A DNA stretch of 64,000 nucleotides from the human T2T-CHM13v2.0 reference genome, Homo sapiens. The notes under the pieces are model-generated. The model had not been told where the DNA came from. It worked only from the letters and a program-made list of their open reading frames with translations, and searched no databases. The stretch lies in NCBI RefSeq assembly GCF_009914755.1, contig NC_060931.1; one strand, given 5' to 3'. Of this stretch, positions 1 through 13,230 are shown in pieces (position 1 is the stretch's first letter; each line of letters opens with the position of its first letter). Position numbers and translations under genes: made by a program.

Positions 1-575
1 TTGCCAAGAACTGTGATTAATTGGTCGCATGGTAAGAGTATTTCTAGTTTTGTAAGAAACTGCTATACTGTTTTCCAAAGAAACTTACCTTGCTGCATTC
101 CCACCAGCATGAATACGAGTTCCTGTTGCTCCTAATCCTCATTAGCGTATGGTGTTGTCTGTATTCTGGATTTTGGCTATTCTTATAGGTGTGTAGTGGT
201 ATCTCACTGTGGCTTTAATTTGAATTTCCATGATGACATATGATAGAGACCACATTTTCATATGGTAATTTGTTATCTGTGTATTGTCTTTGATGAGGTG
301 GCTGTTAGTATCTGGAGCTCATTTTTTATTCTGGTTGTTTGCTTCCTTAATGTTGAGTCTCAAGAGATCTTTGTATTATATATTTTGGATAAAACTGCTT
401 TATTAGATGTATCTTTTACAAATGTTTCTTCTCATTCTGAGGCTTGTCTTCTCATTCTCTTGACATTGTCTTTTGCAAAACAGAAATTTTTAATTTCAGT
501 AAGGTCTACTTTATCATAATTTCAGTAAAATCTACTTTATCAAGTATTTTTTCCATGTGCAATGGCTTTGGCATT
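1..575 (-). mobile_element. Old L1 (L1M-type) 3' ORF2 fragment, antisense, running off the window start
   Basis: Typical antisense L1 text (tttgtaagaaactgc...ttttccaaag; cattcccaccagca; gtgtagtggtatctcactgtgg; tttgcaaaacagaaatttttaattt). Confidence 0.85.
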
Positions 576-838
576 TCTTTGCATTAAAAAAATGTGAATT
601 GGTGATAATTATGCCTACATAACTAAATCTTCCTTCAGGTATAAAGGGAAACAGAAAACCTTCAAATAGAACAAAGAAATTGTTTTCTTACTTTTGAGCC
701 GATATCGTCATACAATCTTGAACTTTTAGATGACTAACAAGTGACACAGAAGTTGTTTAGAAATGGCATGTGATGCCATTCCCTCTGAATCCAGTAAGGA
801 TCAAAATAAGGATTAAAAAAATAACTTTGTAGTCAAAG

Positions 839-839
<1 letters not shown>

Positions 840-884
<45 letters not shown>
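840..884. repeat. (TA)n microsatellite, about 22 units
   Basis: Directly visible. Confidence 0.98.
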
Positions 885-886
<2 letters not shown>

Positions 887-1869
887 CGAAAAATATATAT
901 AATGACGAAAAATTAATTAAAGATATCCAAGGCATTATTTAAGGGTGGAGAGAGAGGCACATTTGAGAAAGGATTTTCTAAATATAAACGGGTAGAGAAA
1001 GGGAAATTATTTTGTTAGAGAAATGAGTTCAATAAATTGATTTTTGCTAATGATAATGAATAGGAATGTCCTCTGGAAAGCAAGTTCAAAAGGTAAATGA
1101 GTCCAGGAAATTACAATGCTACTTTTGGAAATAATTCTAGCTATATTTTCTAAATGTTTATAGATAATTTTTAAAAGAACATAAAGAGGCCATCTAAACT
1201 CAGAGTTACATAATCATATGACATTTATTTAAATCTGCTAGTATGAAAATAGGAAAAGAACAAACAGGTCAAAGGTAGTTCAAAGATATTATTTCTCACA
1301 GAATATAAATTAAGGAACATTTAAAAAATATACTTTGCTTTTACTAAGAGACAAGCAAAGTAAACCAGTAATACTTTATCTGAAAGTAAATAATATATAA
1401 GTACAAATGATAGCAATTAATATTTATTATTCTTTTTTATATTTGAATTAAATTTTATTTATTTTTCCATTGGCACTACATGCAATATGGAAAAACAAAC
1501 TCTACCTTACCCCTGCCCCTGACTTCTCCTTTTTCTCCCAGGGACAACTACTGTTGACAGTTCTTGGCAGTGCTTTTGAAGATACTCTTCAAGATATTGG
1601 AGACATATATAAGCATACAACATGTATTACATTTATGCACATATATATTTTATACAGCCAAAAAGAGTTCACTATATACAATATTCTGTACATTGATTTA
1701 TTTAATTAGCATTATATTTTGAAATTTATGTATAAATATATGTGCAGTTTATTCTTAACAGCTACAATTGTAGACATACATATACACAACTATGTATAGC
1801 TGTGTCATATTTAGATATTGTCAAATATCATATATTATTTCAAGTAACACAATTGCTATATTGCTATAT

Positions 1870-2880
1870 CAGAGGGTAAGTGAAATACTAATTTTGATAA
1901 ATATTTCTAACTGCATTATAGTTGAACTCCAAGCATCAGGTTAGACATTGCCTATCTTTCCACTCCCTCTAAGATTATGACATATAAATTTGGTTAGTGC
2001 CTAACCAAGCTATGAAAAATGGCATCATATAATTTTAATATAATTTTTAAAATTATGAGTGAGATCAGTTTTATATGTTTGAAACTATTAAAACTGACTT
2101 AATTAAATTGACTGTTCATATTTTTTGTGCATTTGTATTGAGCTAATGTATCTATATTATGCATTTTTCATATTTATTTAACAGAGAATCTAGCCCTATT
2201 TATGTGATATGAATTGCAAATATTTTCCCACCTCTCTTTGTCATTTATGTTTACATATTTTTGTCTTCATGCAGGTATTTTAAATTTATTTAACCTTATT
2301 CTTACTTTTATGATACCTAAATATTGTGTCATGTTTATTCATTCCAGCATTATTAGAAAATCATCCTATATTTGTGGAACTTTTATGATTTAATTTATCA
2401 TTCTTAATTTTAGATCAATTCAGAAATTTGAGGTAGATAAAATAGTAGAAGAGGTCTCAGCTTTGCTTTTTACACTGATAATCCTGTTGTCCCAAAATCA
2501 TTCACTGAATAATTTTTTTTTCAGCTGATAAAATACATTAAGTTCAAGAGTATATTTCTCTCTAGACTTTCCATTCTATCAATCAATTCACCAACAAAAC
2601 ATTTTTAACATATTGTAATTTCAGAATCTATTTTATATTCAACTTTAGTGAGCTCTAGTGAGTTCTCTTCTTTTACTGAAGTTTATTTACTGAATAGAAT
2701 TTTTGTTTCTATGTTTCTGAAACCAAAAATAGTTTTTAGTGTTCTATTGGATCATAGGAAATTTACATGGAAATTTAGGAAAAATTAAATTATATAATAT
2801 TGAGCAGTCTTATCAAAAACATGACATTATTATATTTTTTACATAATTTGTGTCCCAGGATATCATTTTTCTGCCTTTTT
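1870..2880 (-). mobile_element. Highly decayed L1M/L1ME fragment
   Basis: Scattered antisense-L1 motifs (gaattgcaaatattttccca; gttgtcccaaaatcattcactgaata; aatttaggaaaaatt...tattgag). Confidence 0.5.
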
Positions 2881-3285
2881 CATTTTTTTTAGTTGAGTCA
2901 TTGTAACTTTACATGCCAATTGCAGGTAATAGTATACAAAATATCTTTCACAATTCCTCCATTTCCCTGATGGTAAATTGGAAAACTATAGTATGATATG
3001 ACAACCAGGATATTGATATTGATAAAATCCACTTACTCAGATTTCTCCAGTTTCATCTGGAGTATGTGTACATATATTAAGTTCTATACAACCTTTTCAC
3101 CTGAGTCCGCTGCTACAGTCAAAATAATGAACAGTTCTAACCTTAACATTCCTTCTGCTTTTATCCATTACCTATCTTCCTCCTGCCACATTTTCCATCT
3201 CTCTAATTCCCAGTAACCACTACTCTGTCCTCCATTTTTAAAATTCTGTCATATCAAAAATGTTATAAAATACAGTCATGTTGTA

Positions 3286-5691
3286 CAGACATATCTCAGA
3301 GACATTGTGGGGTTTGGTTTCAGACTACTACAATAAAGCAGATACCATTATAAAGCAAGTCACATGAAATTCTTGGTTTCCTAATGCCTATAAAAGTTAT
3401 GTTTACCTAACACTGTAATCTGTTATGTGTGTAATAGCATTATGTCTAAAAAACAATGTATACACCTTAATTAAAAATACTTTATTGCTACATAATGCTA
3501 ACCATTATCTGAGCCTTCAGCAAGTTGTAGTCTCTTCGGTGGTGGAGAGTTTTGTCTTTATATTTATGGCTGCTGACTGATCAGGTTGGTGGTTACTGAA
3601 TGTTTGTGCGGCTGTAACAATTTCTTAAGACAGCAATGAAGTTTGCTTTATCAATTGACTCTTCCTTTCAAGAAAATTTCTCTTTGGCATGTGATTCTGT
3701 TTGACAGCCTTTTACTTACAGTAGAACTTCTTTCAAAATTGGAGTCAATATTCTCAAAACTTGCCACTGTTTTATCAACTATGTATATATCATTATAAAC
3801 CATTGTAATGTTCTAAACTGTTTGTTGTCATTTCAAAAATCTTCACAGCACCTTCACCAGGAGTAAATTCCATATCAAGAAACCACTCACTTTGCTGATC
3901 TATAAAAAGCAACTCCTCATCTATTCAAGTTTTATCATGAGATTGCAGCAATTCAGTCACATCTTCAACCTCCACTTCCAATTCTACCTCTCTTGCTATT
4001 TCCATGATAGCTGTAGTTGCTTCCTCCACTGAAATAATGAACCACACAAAGTCACCCATGAAAGTTAAAATCAACTTCTTCCAAATTCCTGTTAAAGTTG
4101 ACTTGTTAACCTTCTTTCATGGATCGTGAATGGTCTTGATGACATCTAACGTGGTAAAACTTGCCCACAAAATTTTGCCAAGTTCCATCACAGGAGTCAC
4201 TATTTATGGCAGCTATAGTCATAAAAAATCTATTTCATAATAACACTTGAAAGTTGAAATTATTTCTTGATTCATGGTCTGCAGAATAGATACTTTAGCA
4301 GGCATGAAAACAATATTATTCTTCTTGTACATCATCATCAAAGTTATTGGGTGACCAGGTACATTGTCAATGAGCAGTAATATTTTAGAAAGAATCTTTT
4401 TTCTGAGCAGTAGTTCTCAACAGTGAGCTTATCATATTCAGTAAACCCATGCTGTAAACAGATGTGCTGTCTTCCAGGCTTTTTTGTTACATTTATAGAG
4501 CACAGGCAGAGTAGATTTAGCATAATTCTTAAAGGCCTTAGGATTTTCAGAATGATATATGAGCATTGGCTTTAACTTAAAGTCACCAACTGTGTTAGCT
4601 CTTAACAAGAGATTCAGCTGTGCTTTGACGCTTTGAAGCCAAGCATTGACTTCTCCTCTCCAGCTATGAGAGTCCTGATGGATGATGTCTTCTTCCAACA
4701 GTAGTCTGATTCATTTACATGGGAAATCTGTTGTTTAGTGTAGCTACCATCATTAATGATCTTAGCTATATCTTCTAAATAAGTTGCTGCAGCTATTCCA
4801 TCAGCACTTGCTGTTTCACTTTGCACTTTTATGTTACGGAGATAATTCTTTCCTTAAACCTCATGAACCAACCTCTGGTAACTTCCGACTTTTCTTCTGC
4901 AGCTTCTTCTCCTCTCAACAGTCTTTACAGAATGAAAGCATGTGTTAGAGCCTTGCTCTTGCATTGTTTTGGCTTAAGGGAATGTGTGTAGCAGGTTTGA
5001 TATATCTAGACTACCTAATCTTTCTTCATATCAGCAATAAGGCTGTTTCACTTTCTTATCAGACATTTGTTCACTTTTGAATAGCACTTCTAATCTCATT
5101 CAAGAACATTTTCTTTGTATTCACATTTTGGCCTACTGTTTGGCACAAAAAGTCTAGCTTTTGGCCTATTTTGGCTGCCAACAAGCTTTCCTCATTAAGC
5201 TTAATCATTTCTAGCTTTTGTTTTCAAGTGAGAGATGTTCAACTCTTCCTTTCATTTGAACACATAGAAGCCATTGTGGTGTTATTAGTTGGCCTAATTA
5301 TATTATTATTATTGTGTCTTAGAGGATAGGATGGCCTGAGAACAGGGAGAGATGGAAGAACAGCTGATAGGCAGAGGAGTCAGAATGCACACCACATTTA
5401 TCAGTAGTTTAACATCTTATATTAGTGTAGTTTATGGCACCAAAAAGCAATTACAATAGTAACATCAAAGGTCACTAATCACGGATCACTGTAACAGATA
5501 TAGTAATGAAAAAGTTTGAAATATTGGGAGAATTACCAAACTCTATCACACAGACAGGAAGTGAGCACATGCGACCGGAAAAAATGGTACTGACAGACTT
5601 ATTCAACGCAAGGTTGCCACAAACCTTCAAACTGTAAAAAATGCAATATCTGTGAAACACAACTAAGGTGAAATTAAATGAAGTATGCCTG
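3286..5691 (-). mobile_element. Full-length Tigger1 DNA transposon (TcMar-Tigger), 2406 bp
   Basis: Terminal inverted repeats cagacatatctc... and ...gaagtatgcctg; TA target duplication at 3284-3285 and 5692-5693; length matches the ~2.4 kb consensus; transposase remnants inside. Confidence 0.96.
3900..5274 (-). pseudogene. Disrupted Tigger1 transposase (TIGD1-like; CENP-B-type HTH and DDE_1 domains)
   Basis: ATG at 5274 reads [26 protein letters not shown] (TIGD1-type N-terminus with stops). ORFs 4614-4826 and 4438-4698 give ETASADGIAAATYLEDIAKII and [34 protein letters not shown]. Confidence 0.93.
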
Positions 5692-6774
5692 TAATACATT
5701 TGGGGATGGTTTTTCTTAATTTTTACATATCATAATTTCCTGGAAATTCACCCATGCTGTTTTGTGTATCAATAGTTCGTTCCTTTTTATTGCTGAGTAG
5801 TGTTCCATGATATGCATATGCCACATTTATCGCCTGTAGAAAATCTGAGGTGATTAAACTTTTGATTGTTGCAAGTAAACCTCTTATGAACATTCAGGTA
5901 CAGTTTGTTATGTGAACATAAGTTTTCATTTCTCTGGGATAAATGCCCAGAACTGAAATTACTGGGTTATGTAGTAGTACTATGTTTAGTTTAGTTTATT
6001 AATAGAAATCATGAAACAGTTTTCCAGAGTACCTGCATTACTCTTCACGCCCACTACAAATGCATGAGTGAGCCAATTTCTCTGTATTCTCACCAGCATT
6101 TGGCATTGCCACTATTTTATATTTTAGTCATTCTGAAAGGTGTATGTGATGTCTCGTTTTGATTTTAACTTGAATTTTCCTAACGGATAATGATATCGAA
6201 CATCTTTTCATGTATTTATTTGGATCTGCATATCTTCTTTGGTGAAATTTCTGCTAATATTTTTGTTCATTTTTGAATTAAATTGTTATTTGTTATATTT
6301 TGAAAATTCTTTATCTAGCCTAGATGCCAATACTTTGTCAGGTATGAGACTTGCAAATATTTTCTCTTAGTCTGCATCTTTTCTTTTAGTCTTCTTCACA
6401 TGGCCTTTCACAAAGCAAGCCATTTTAATTTTGAATATGTCTAATTTAATAAATTCAACTTTTTATGAATTATGCTTTTGGTTTCAAGTCCAAGGACTTT
6501 TTTTCTAGACCTCAATCCTGAAGATTTTTTCTAAATCTCTATTTAGAAATAAAAATTTTCTCTAAATCTTTATTTGGGAATAAAATCCCAAAGATTTTAT
6601 TCCTGTTAATTTGATAGCTTTACGTTTTACATTTAGTCTGTAATCCCATTTGAGTTAACTTTTGCATAAGGTGTGAAATTTAAATTCAGGTCATTTTATT
6701 TTATTGTCATTTTTCCCTATTGATATCCAATTCCTTCAGTACCATTTCTAGAAAGAACGTTCTTCCTCCATTGA

Positions 6775-7149
<375 letters not shown>

Positions 7150-7624
7150 TCTGGTTCCATTTTCTGTTCCATTGATCTATGTGTCTACTCCCTGGCAATA
7201 ATCTTGATGACTATAGCTATATAGTAAAAGTTAACTTAAGATAGAATGATTTCTTCCATTTTATTCTACCTTGTAATGATTGTTTGGTCTATTTTAGGGT
7301 CTATGCCCTTTTTGTATATATGTTAGAAGAAGCAACTCTGTATATTAAAAACAGACTGCAGGGGTTTCCACAGAAATTGCATTAAACCTAAAGACCAGTT
7401 TGGGGAAAAGAGATATCTTTATTATGTCGAATCTTTGAATCCATGAAGGTTACATGACTCCATTTATTCATGTCTTTGATTTCTTTCATCAGCATTTTGT
7501 AATTTTAGATACATAGACCCTGTACAGATTTTCTTGTGTCTACTTAAATATTTACTTTTTTGGAACAATTATAAGTAATACTGTGATTTTATTTTGGTTT
7601 CTGTATATTCATACCTATAGAAAA

Positions 7625-9025
7625 AAAACCACTATATTAAAAGTAATTGAAATCATACACAGTATGTTATCTTATCAAAATGGAATTAAACTAGGACTCA
7701 ATAATCAAAAGTCAAGGAGAAAATTTCTAAATACAATGGAATTAAACAACACACTTTTAAAAAACGAAATCTCTAGAAAGTTTTACTCAATAATTGAATG
7801 AATAAAAATCCAACCAAAACACATCCAAATCTGTGAGACACTGCTTAGGCAGTTCTGAGAGGAAAATTTATAGCACTAAATGTCTACATTAGAAATGAGC
7901 CAGCAATTCCTCTTCTGGGTATATATCCAAGGGAAATGAAATCATCACCTTATAAAGACATCTATATTCTCATGTTCACTGCAGCATTATTCACAATAGC
8001 CAGAGTATGAAAACAACCTAAGTGTCCATCAACAGATAAATGAATAAGACTGTGATATATATGCCTTAATTTTAAGGGCTAAATAATATTCATATATATA
8101 TGTATATGATGAAATATTATATATACAAACATATATATACATATACATGTACACAGACACAATAGAATATTATTTAGCCTTAAAAAAGAAGCAGATACTG
8201 TCATTTGCCACAACATGGATAAAACTGGAGGACATTACAGTAAATGAAATAAACCAGACACAGAAAGAAAAGTATTGCATGATCTCACCTATATGTGAAA
8301 TATTTTTTTTAAAAGTTGAATATACAGTGATAGAGAATAAAACAGTGGTTACCAGGGGTGGTTTAGGAAGAAGCAGATGTGGAGATGCACTTCAAAGAAT
8401 TCAAAGTAGAACATATTTATGATGAGTAAGTCTAAAGACCTAATGTACAACACAAGAATTATAGTTAATAATAGTGTATTGTATTCAGGATGTTTGCTAA
8501 ATTAGTAGATTATGAGTGTTCTTTCCATAGGGGAAAAATGGGTAACTATTTCAGGTGATGAATATGTTAATTTGTTTTACTATTGTAACCATTTACTATA
8601 TATATATCATAACATTATGTTGTTTACCTTAAATATACACATTAAAATTTATTTTACAAAAACTAAATAAGAAAAAGTTTCAAATCAATAACCTAAATGT
8701 CTACCTCAAAATACTAGAAAAAGGAAGTAAGCAGAAGCAAGGAAATAATACACAAGAAAACAGAAAATCAATGTAATTAAAAAGAAAAAACAATACAGAC
8801 AATCAGCAAAACAGATTCTTTTTCTTCAAAATATTGCTAAAATTGACAAACTCTAGAAATACTAAGAAAAAAAGAAGACATATCACTAATATCAGGAATG
8901 AAAAAGGGGATATTACTGTAAATCCTGCAGCCATTAGAAAGAGAGTAAGGAACTGCTATAAATGCATTATACTCACACATTTGACAATTTAGAAGATATG
9001 AACAAATTCCTTGACATTTACAAGT
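7625..9025 (+). mobile_element. L1 ORF2 endonuclease/Z-region fragment, sense, split by a nested L1MA 3' end
   Basis: IEIIHSMLSYQNGIKLGLNNQK resembles the ORF2 EN motif FSDHNGIKLEIN; end reads YTHTFDNLEDMNKFLDIYKL. Confidence 0.88.
7898..8665 (+). mobile_element. 5'-truncated L1MA-type 3' end nested in the ORF2 fragment
   Basis: cagcaattcctcttctgggtatatatccaa; ORF 8147 (EYYLALKKKQILSFATTWIKLEDI); L1MA-type 3' UTR ending in an A-rich tail. The host L1 resumes at gaaaaagtttcaaatcaataacc. Confidence 0.9.
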
Positions 9026-10639
9026 TAATTGTTGGGCTTGCCATTCTACCCTCTATGACCTTCCCACTCATTATCTCCTATCTCAGTAACTTTAAACTCA
9101 CTCATATGAGGCCCTCCATCCTGTGGTACTTCACCTGTATTTCAAGAGCAAGTCAACAACTCATTCTTCCCTGGAAGCCATTCATGAATTTAAATTACCA
9201 AGGTAAGGTCACCATCACATATGTTGCCAAGCTGGGATATTCCACCAGTTTGGTCTCAAAAACTAAATATGTCTATGATTTCTTTATATGTGGTCATGGA
9301 AATCCCAGAGAGTATTGCTATTTTCCCAAATTAGAGTCTTAAACCTTTTACTCTCATTTTCCCACACATTCTATGAACCTCTACAACTAATATTTTATTT
9401 CTTAAGCTGGTTTATGACTGCATGGCATTTCTTGTATATTTTCTTTACATTTATATACTTTTATATTCATAAAATATCAATTAAAATGTTTAGACCTGGT
9501 CATTTATGAGTAGTCTATCTTTGTCAAATTTATTTCTTCTATGAATCAAAAGTCTTTAAACTTTTCTATCTCCTCTGAGGTCAGTTTGGGAATTTTTATT
9601 TTTCTCAAAGGTTATCTATTCCATTCAAATTTAATATGCAGTTTTACACTTTGATTTTGTATTTGACATATAATTTAAAAGAGATTTCAAAGTATTTATT
9701 ATTCTTTTTCAGATGCAAAATTTGTCTGCAAATATTTGTAATACATTAAGTTTTTTTGAAGAGATGCAACATGAGAGGTTTTCGTTGTTGTTTTGTTTTT
9801 TCCTTTGGAGAATATGCCATCCTAGCACCTTAAAGAAAATATATGTTTTCAGGATATATATAATTCATAATTCTATATGTGGAATTTATAATACAAAAGT
9901 GAAATACAAATAACCAAAATATGATAAGGTATAATTAAGATGTTTATCTAAAAATAAGATTTGTTAAGATGTTATTGAAATATTCAATTAAAATTTTTTA
10001 ATACTCTAAAATTTATAAAATTCTTGCCTTATAAATACTGAAGCTATTATTCAGTGTATGAATAGCCAAAATTGTTGCCTATTTTATTGCAGATGGAAAT
10101 TTTATCATTATAAACTATCCATTTCTTGGGTATTTAATGCCATTTAAATTTAATTCAGAACAGTCTGACTCTGACATTATGACCAAGGTTCTTCATCTTT
10201 TTGGTATTTTTGCCATTAATTTTATTTTCAAATTCTTCAGACCATTTATAGTTATATCCCTTTTTAAAAACCATAAAATTGAAATAAGCAGCTTTTACTC
10301 ATTAAAAATGCACTTATGAAATTACAGTTGTATTTATTGATAGAACAAGTATATTTGGTCTTACTATCATTTTTATGCTCTGCTTTTGTTTTTATTCTAT
10401 TTATAAATATTCAAATCTAGTCTGCTTTTCTGTAATAATTTTGTATGTGTATTTTATCTGAGATTTTGGAAGGTTTTTCATTCTTTCATTCCTTTTATAT
10501 CTTTAATTTAACATTCACAATACACATAACTTTCTAATTCTAGACCTTGTCTATTAACTTCTAATTTGAGAATAAGAAAGGCACTTTTTCACTTATTTAC
10601 TTCTGTATTTCTACCTGAATATCTTCAGATTATATTTTT

Positions 10640-13230
10640 TAAACAGGCTTGAGTTTTTAATTATTTTAGATTTAATGAAAAATTTTAAAAGTTATCCATA
10701 AAGTTTCCATATATCTTCTCACCAAGTTTTCCCTATTATTGACCTCTTATGGTGATTGTTTATGGTTAATGAACCAATGCTGATACATTATTATTAACTA
10801 AGGTCTGTGCTTTAGTCAGTATTTTTTTTTTAATCTAATTTACTTTTCTGCTTCAGGATCCCATATAGGATAACACACTACATTTAGTTGTCATGACTCC
10901 TCCTTGCTGTGATAGATTTTTACTCTCCTTATTTTTGCTACCTTAAATGTTTGGAGGATTACTAGGTAAGTCCCTCTACTGAAATTTATCTCATGTTTCC
11001 TCATGGTTAGCATAGGGTTATGGATTTAGCAGAGGAAGATTACAGAAACAAAATGTCATTATCTTCTCATCATACCAAGAGTACATACTGACAACATGAT
11101 TTATCTACTGCTGACATTGACCATGATCATCTATCTGAAGTAGTATTTGTCAAGTTTATCTCTCATAAAGTTTTTATCTACTTCCCATACTATGCTTTCT
11201 GTATGGAAGCCGTTATGTGCAGACTACACCTAACGAGTAGGGATTTATGCCCCCGTATCCCACTTGAAGATGGATTATTTATATAAATTATTTGAAATTG
11301 TTCTGCAAAGGAGAGTGTCTCTTCCATCTTATTGATATAGATAAATGATTCATTCATTTACTCTCCTTGTTTCATTTACTCAAGGTATAAAGTAAATAAC
11401 CATGATTTATCTATATAAATGATATCTAAATCTAAATCACTGATAACTATATCAAGTATACCTATTATATCAAGGTATAAATATCCATGAGTCTATACTG
11501 ATTTAGATAAATCACTGATATATCTATATTTATAATACAATATTATAAATCAGTGGTATCTATATCTAAATATACATAATATTATATTATATTATAATAA
11601 TTTACATTGAAATATTATAATATTTACTTTTAGATATAGATATCACTGATTTATATCAAAATCACTGATATCTATATCAGTGTAGACTCACAGATATTTA
11701 CTTTAAAGCTTGAGTTTATAATCCGATACTAATACATTTATTTTGTGGTTCAAATGGTTTCAGATTGGGGGAGACTTTCAGCCATTGGAGGGGCTTTCAG
11801 GTAGCTCCTATGTCCCTTTGACCACCAGCAATAACAATGTTTAGCTTTTTTTCATATGTTTGCTGGCCAAGTAAATGTCTTTTTCTGACAAGGGTCTGTT
11901 CCTTTGCCCACTTTTTGAAGGGGTTGTTTTTTTCTTGTAAATATGTTTAAGTTCCTTGTAAATTCTGGATATTAGACCTTTGTCAGATAGATTGCAAAAA
12001 TTTTCTCCCATTCTGTAGGTTATCTGTTCACTCTGATGATAGTCTCTTTTGCTATGCAGAAGCTCTTTAGTTTAATTAGATCCCATTTGTCAATTTTGGC
12101 TTTTGTTGCAAGTGCTTTTGGCATTTTTGTCATGAAGTCTTTTTCCATGCCTATGTCCCGAATGGTATTGCCTAGGTCTTCTTCTAGGGCTTAACATCAC
12201 TGGTTATTAGAGAAATGCAAATCAAAACCAAAATGAGATACCATCTCATGCCAGTCAGAATGGCGATTATTAAAATGTCAGAAAACAATAGATGCTGGCA
12301 AGGCTGTGGAGAAATAGGAACGCCTTTATACAGTTGGTGAGATGTAAGTTAGTTCAACCATCGTGGAAGACAGTATGGTGATTCCTCAAGGATCTAGAAC
12401 CAGAAATATCATTTGACTCAGCAATCCCATTACTGGGTATATACCCAAAGGGATATAAATCATTCTACTGTAAAGACATATGCACCTATATGTTTACTGC
12501 AGCACTATTTACAATAGCAAAAACATGGAACCAGCCCAAATGTCCATCAGTGATAGACTAGATAAAGAAAATGTAGCAGATATACACCATGGATTACTAT
12601 GCAGTCATAAAAAAGAATGAGATCATGTCCTTTGCAGGGGACATGGATGAAGCTGGAAGCCATCATCCTCAGCAAACTAACACAGGAACAGAAAACCAGA
12701 CATCACATGTTCTCACTCATAAGTGGGAGTTGAACACTGAGAATGCATGGACACAGACAGGGAACAACATACACCAGGGCCTGCTGGGAAGTGGCAGGGT
12801 GAGGGGAGGGAACTTACAGGATGGGTCAATAGGTGCAGCAAACCACCATGGCACACATATACCTACGTAACAAACCTGCATGTTCTGTACATGTATCCCA
12901 CTTTTTTTAGAAGAAGAAGTAAACTAAAAAAAAAAAAAAAAAAATTGCACTTTCTTATTTTCTGGCACTACAAGATATTCCAGGCTAATTTTGTGTATTT
13001 CCTGTCACAATCCTAGAATCAGCCATTTCTCCAAATAAATCTGGGTCCCTTTACTGCAGAATGGTATCAAAACCCAAAATCTGGCTGCTATGTATGCTTG
13101 TTGATGTTGAGGGTCACTGCTAGGCTCTCTAGACTCATAGGGCAAAAAATGTACCCGCCTATGATTACCCAGGTGTATACAAATATTTATATATATTTCT
13201 ACATGTAAGAATCGTATTTATATGTTTTAT
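10640..13230 (-). mobile_element. L1MC-type 3' UTR, interrupted by a fold-back insertion and an inverted L1PA
   Basis: aatgaaccaatgctgatacattattattaactaa; ggatcccatataggataacacactacatttagttgtcatg; resumes at 12945 with tctggcactacaagatattccaggct...cctagaatcagccatttctcc. Confidence 0.85.
11837..12944 (+). mobile_element. L1PA8/L1PA8A-like, 5'-truncated with a 5' inversion (11837-12192 antisense, 12193-12944 sense)
   Basis: Sense part runs aacatcactgg...agaaatgcaaatcaaaacc through the primate 3' UTR (gggtcaataggtgcagcaaaccaccatggcac) to poly-A. Antisense part is the ORF2 segment immediately upstream. Confidence 0.95.
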
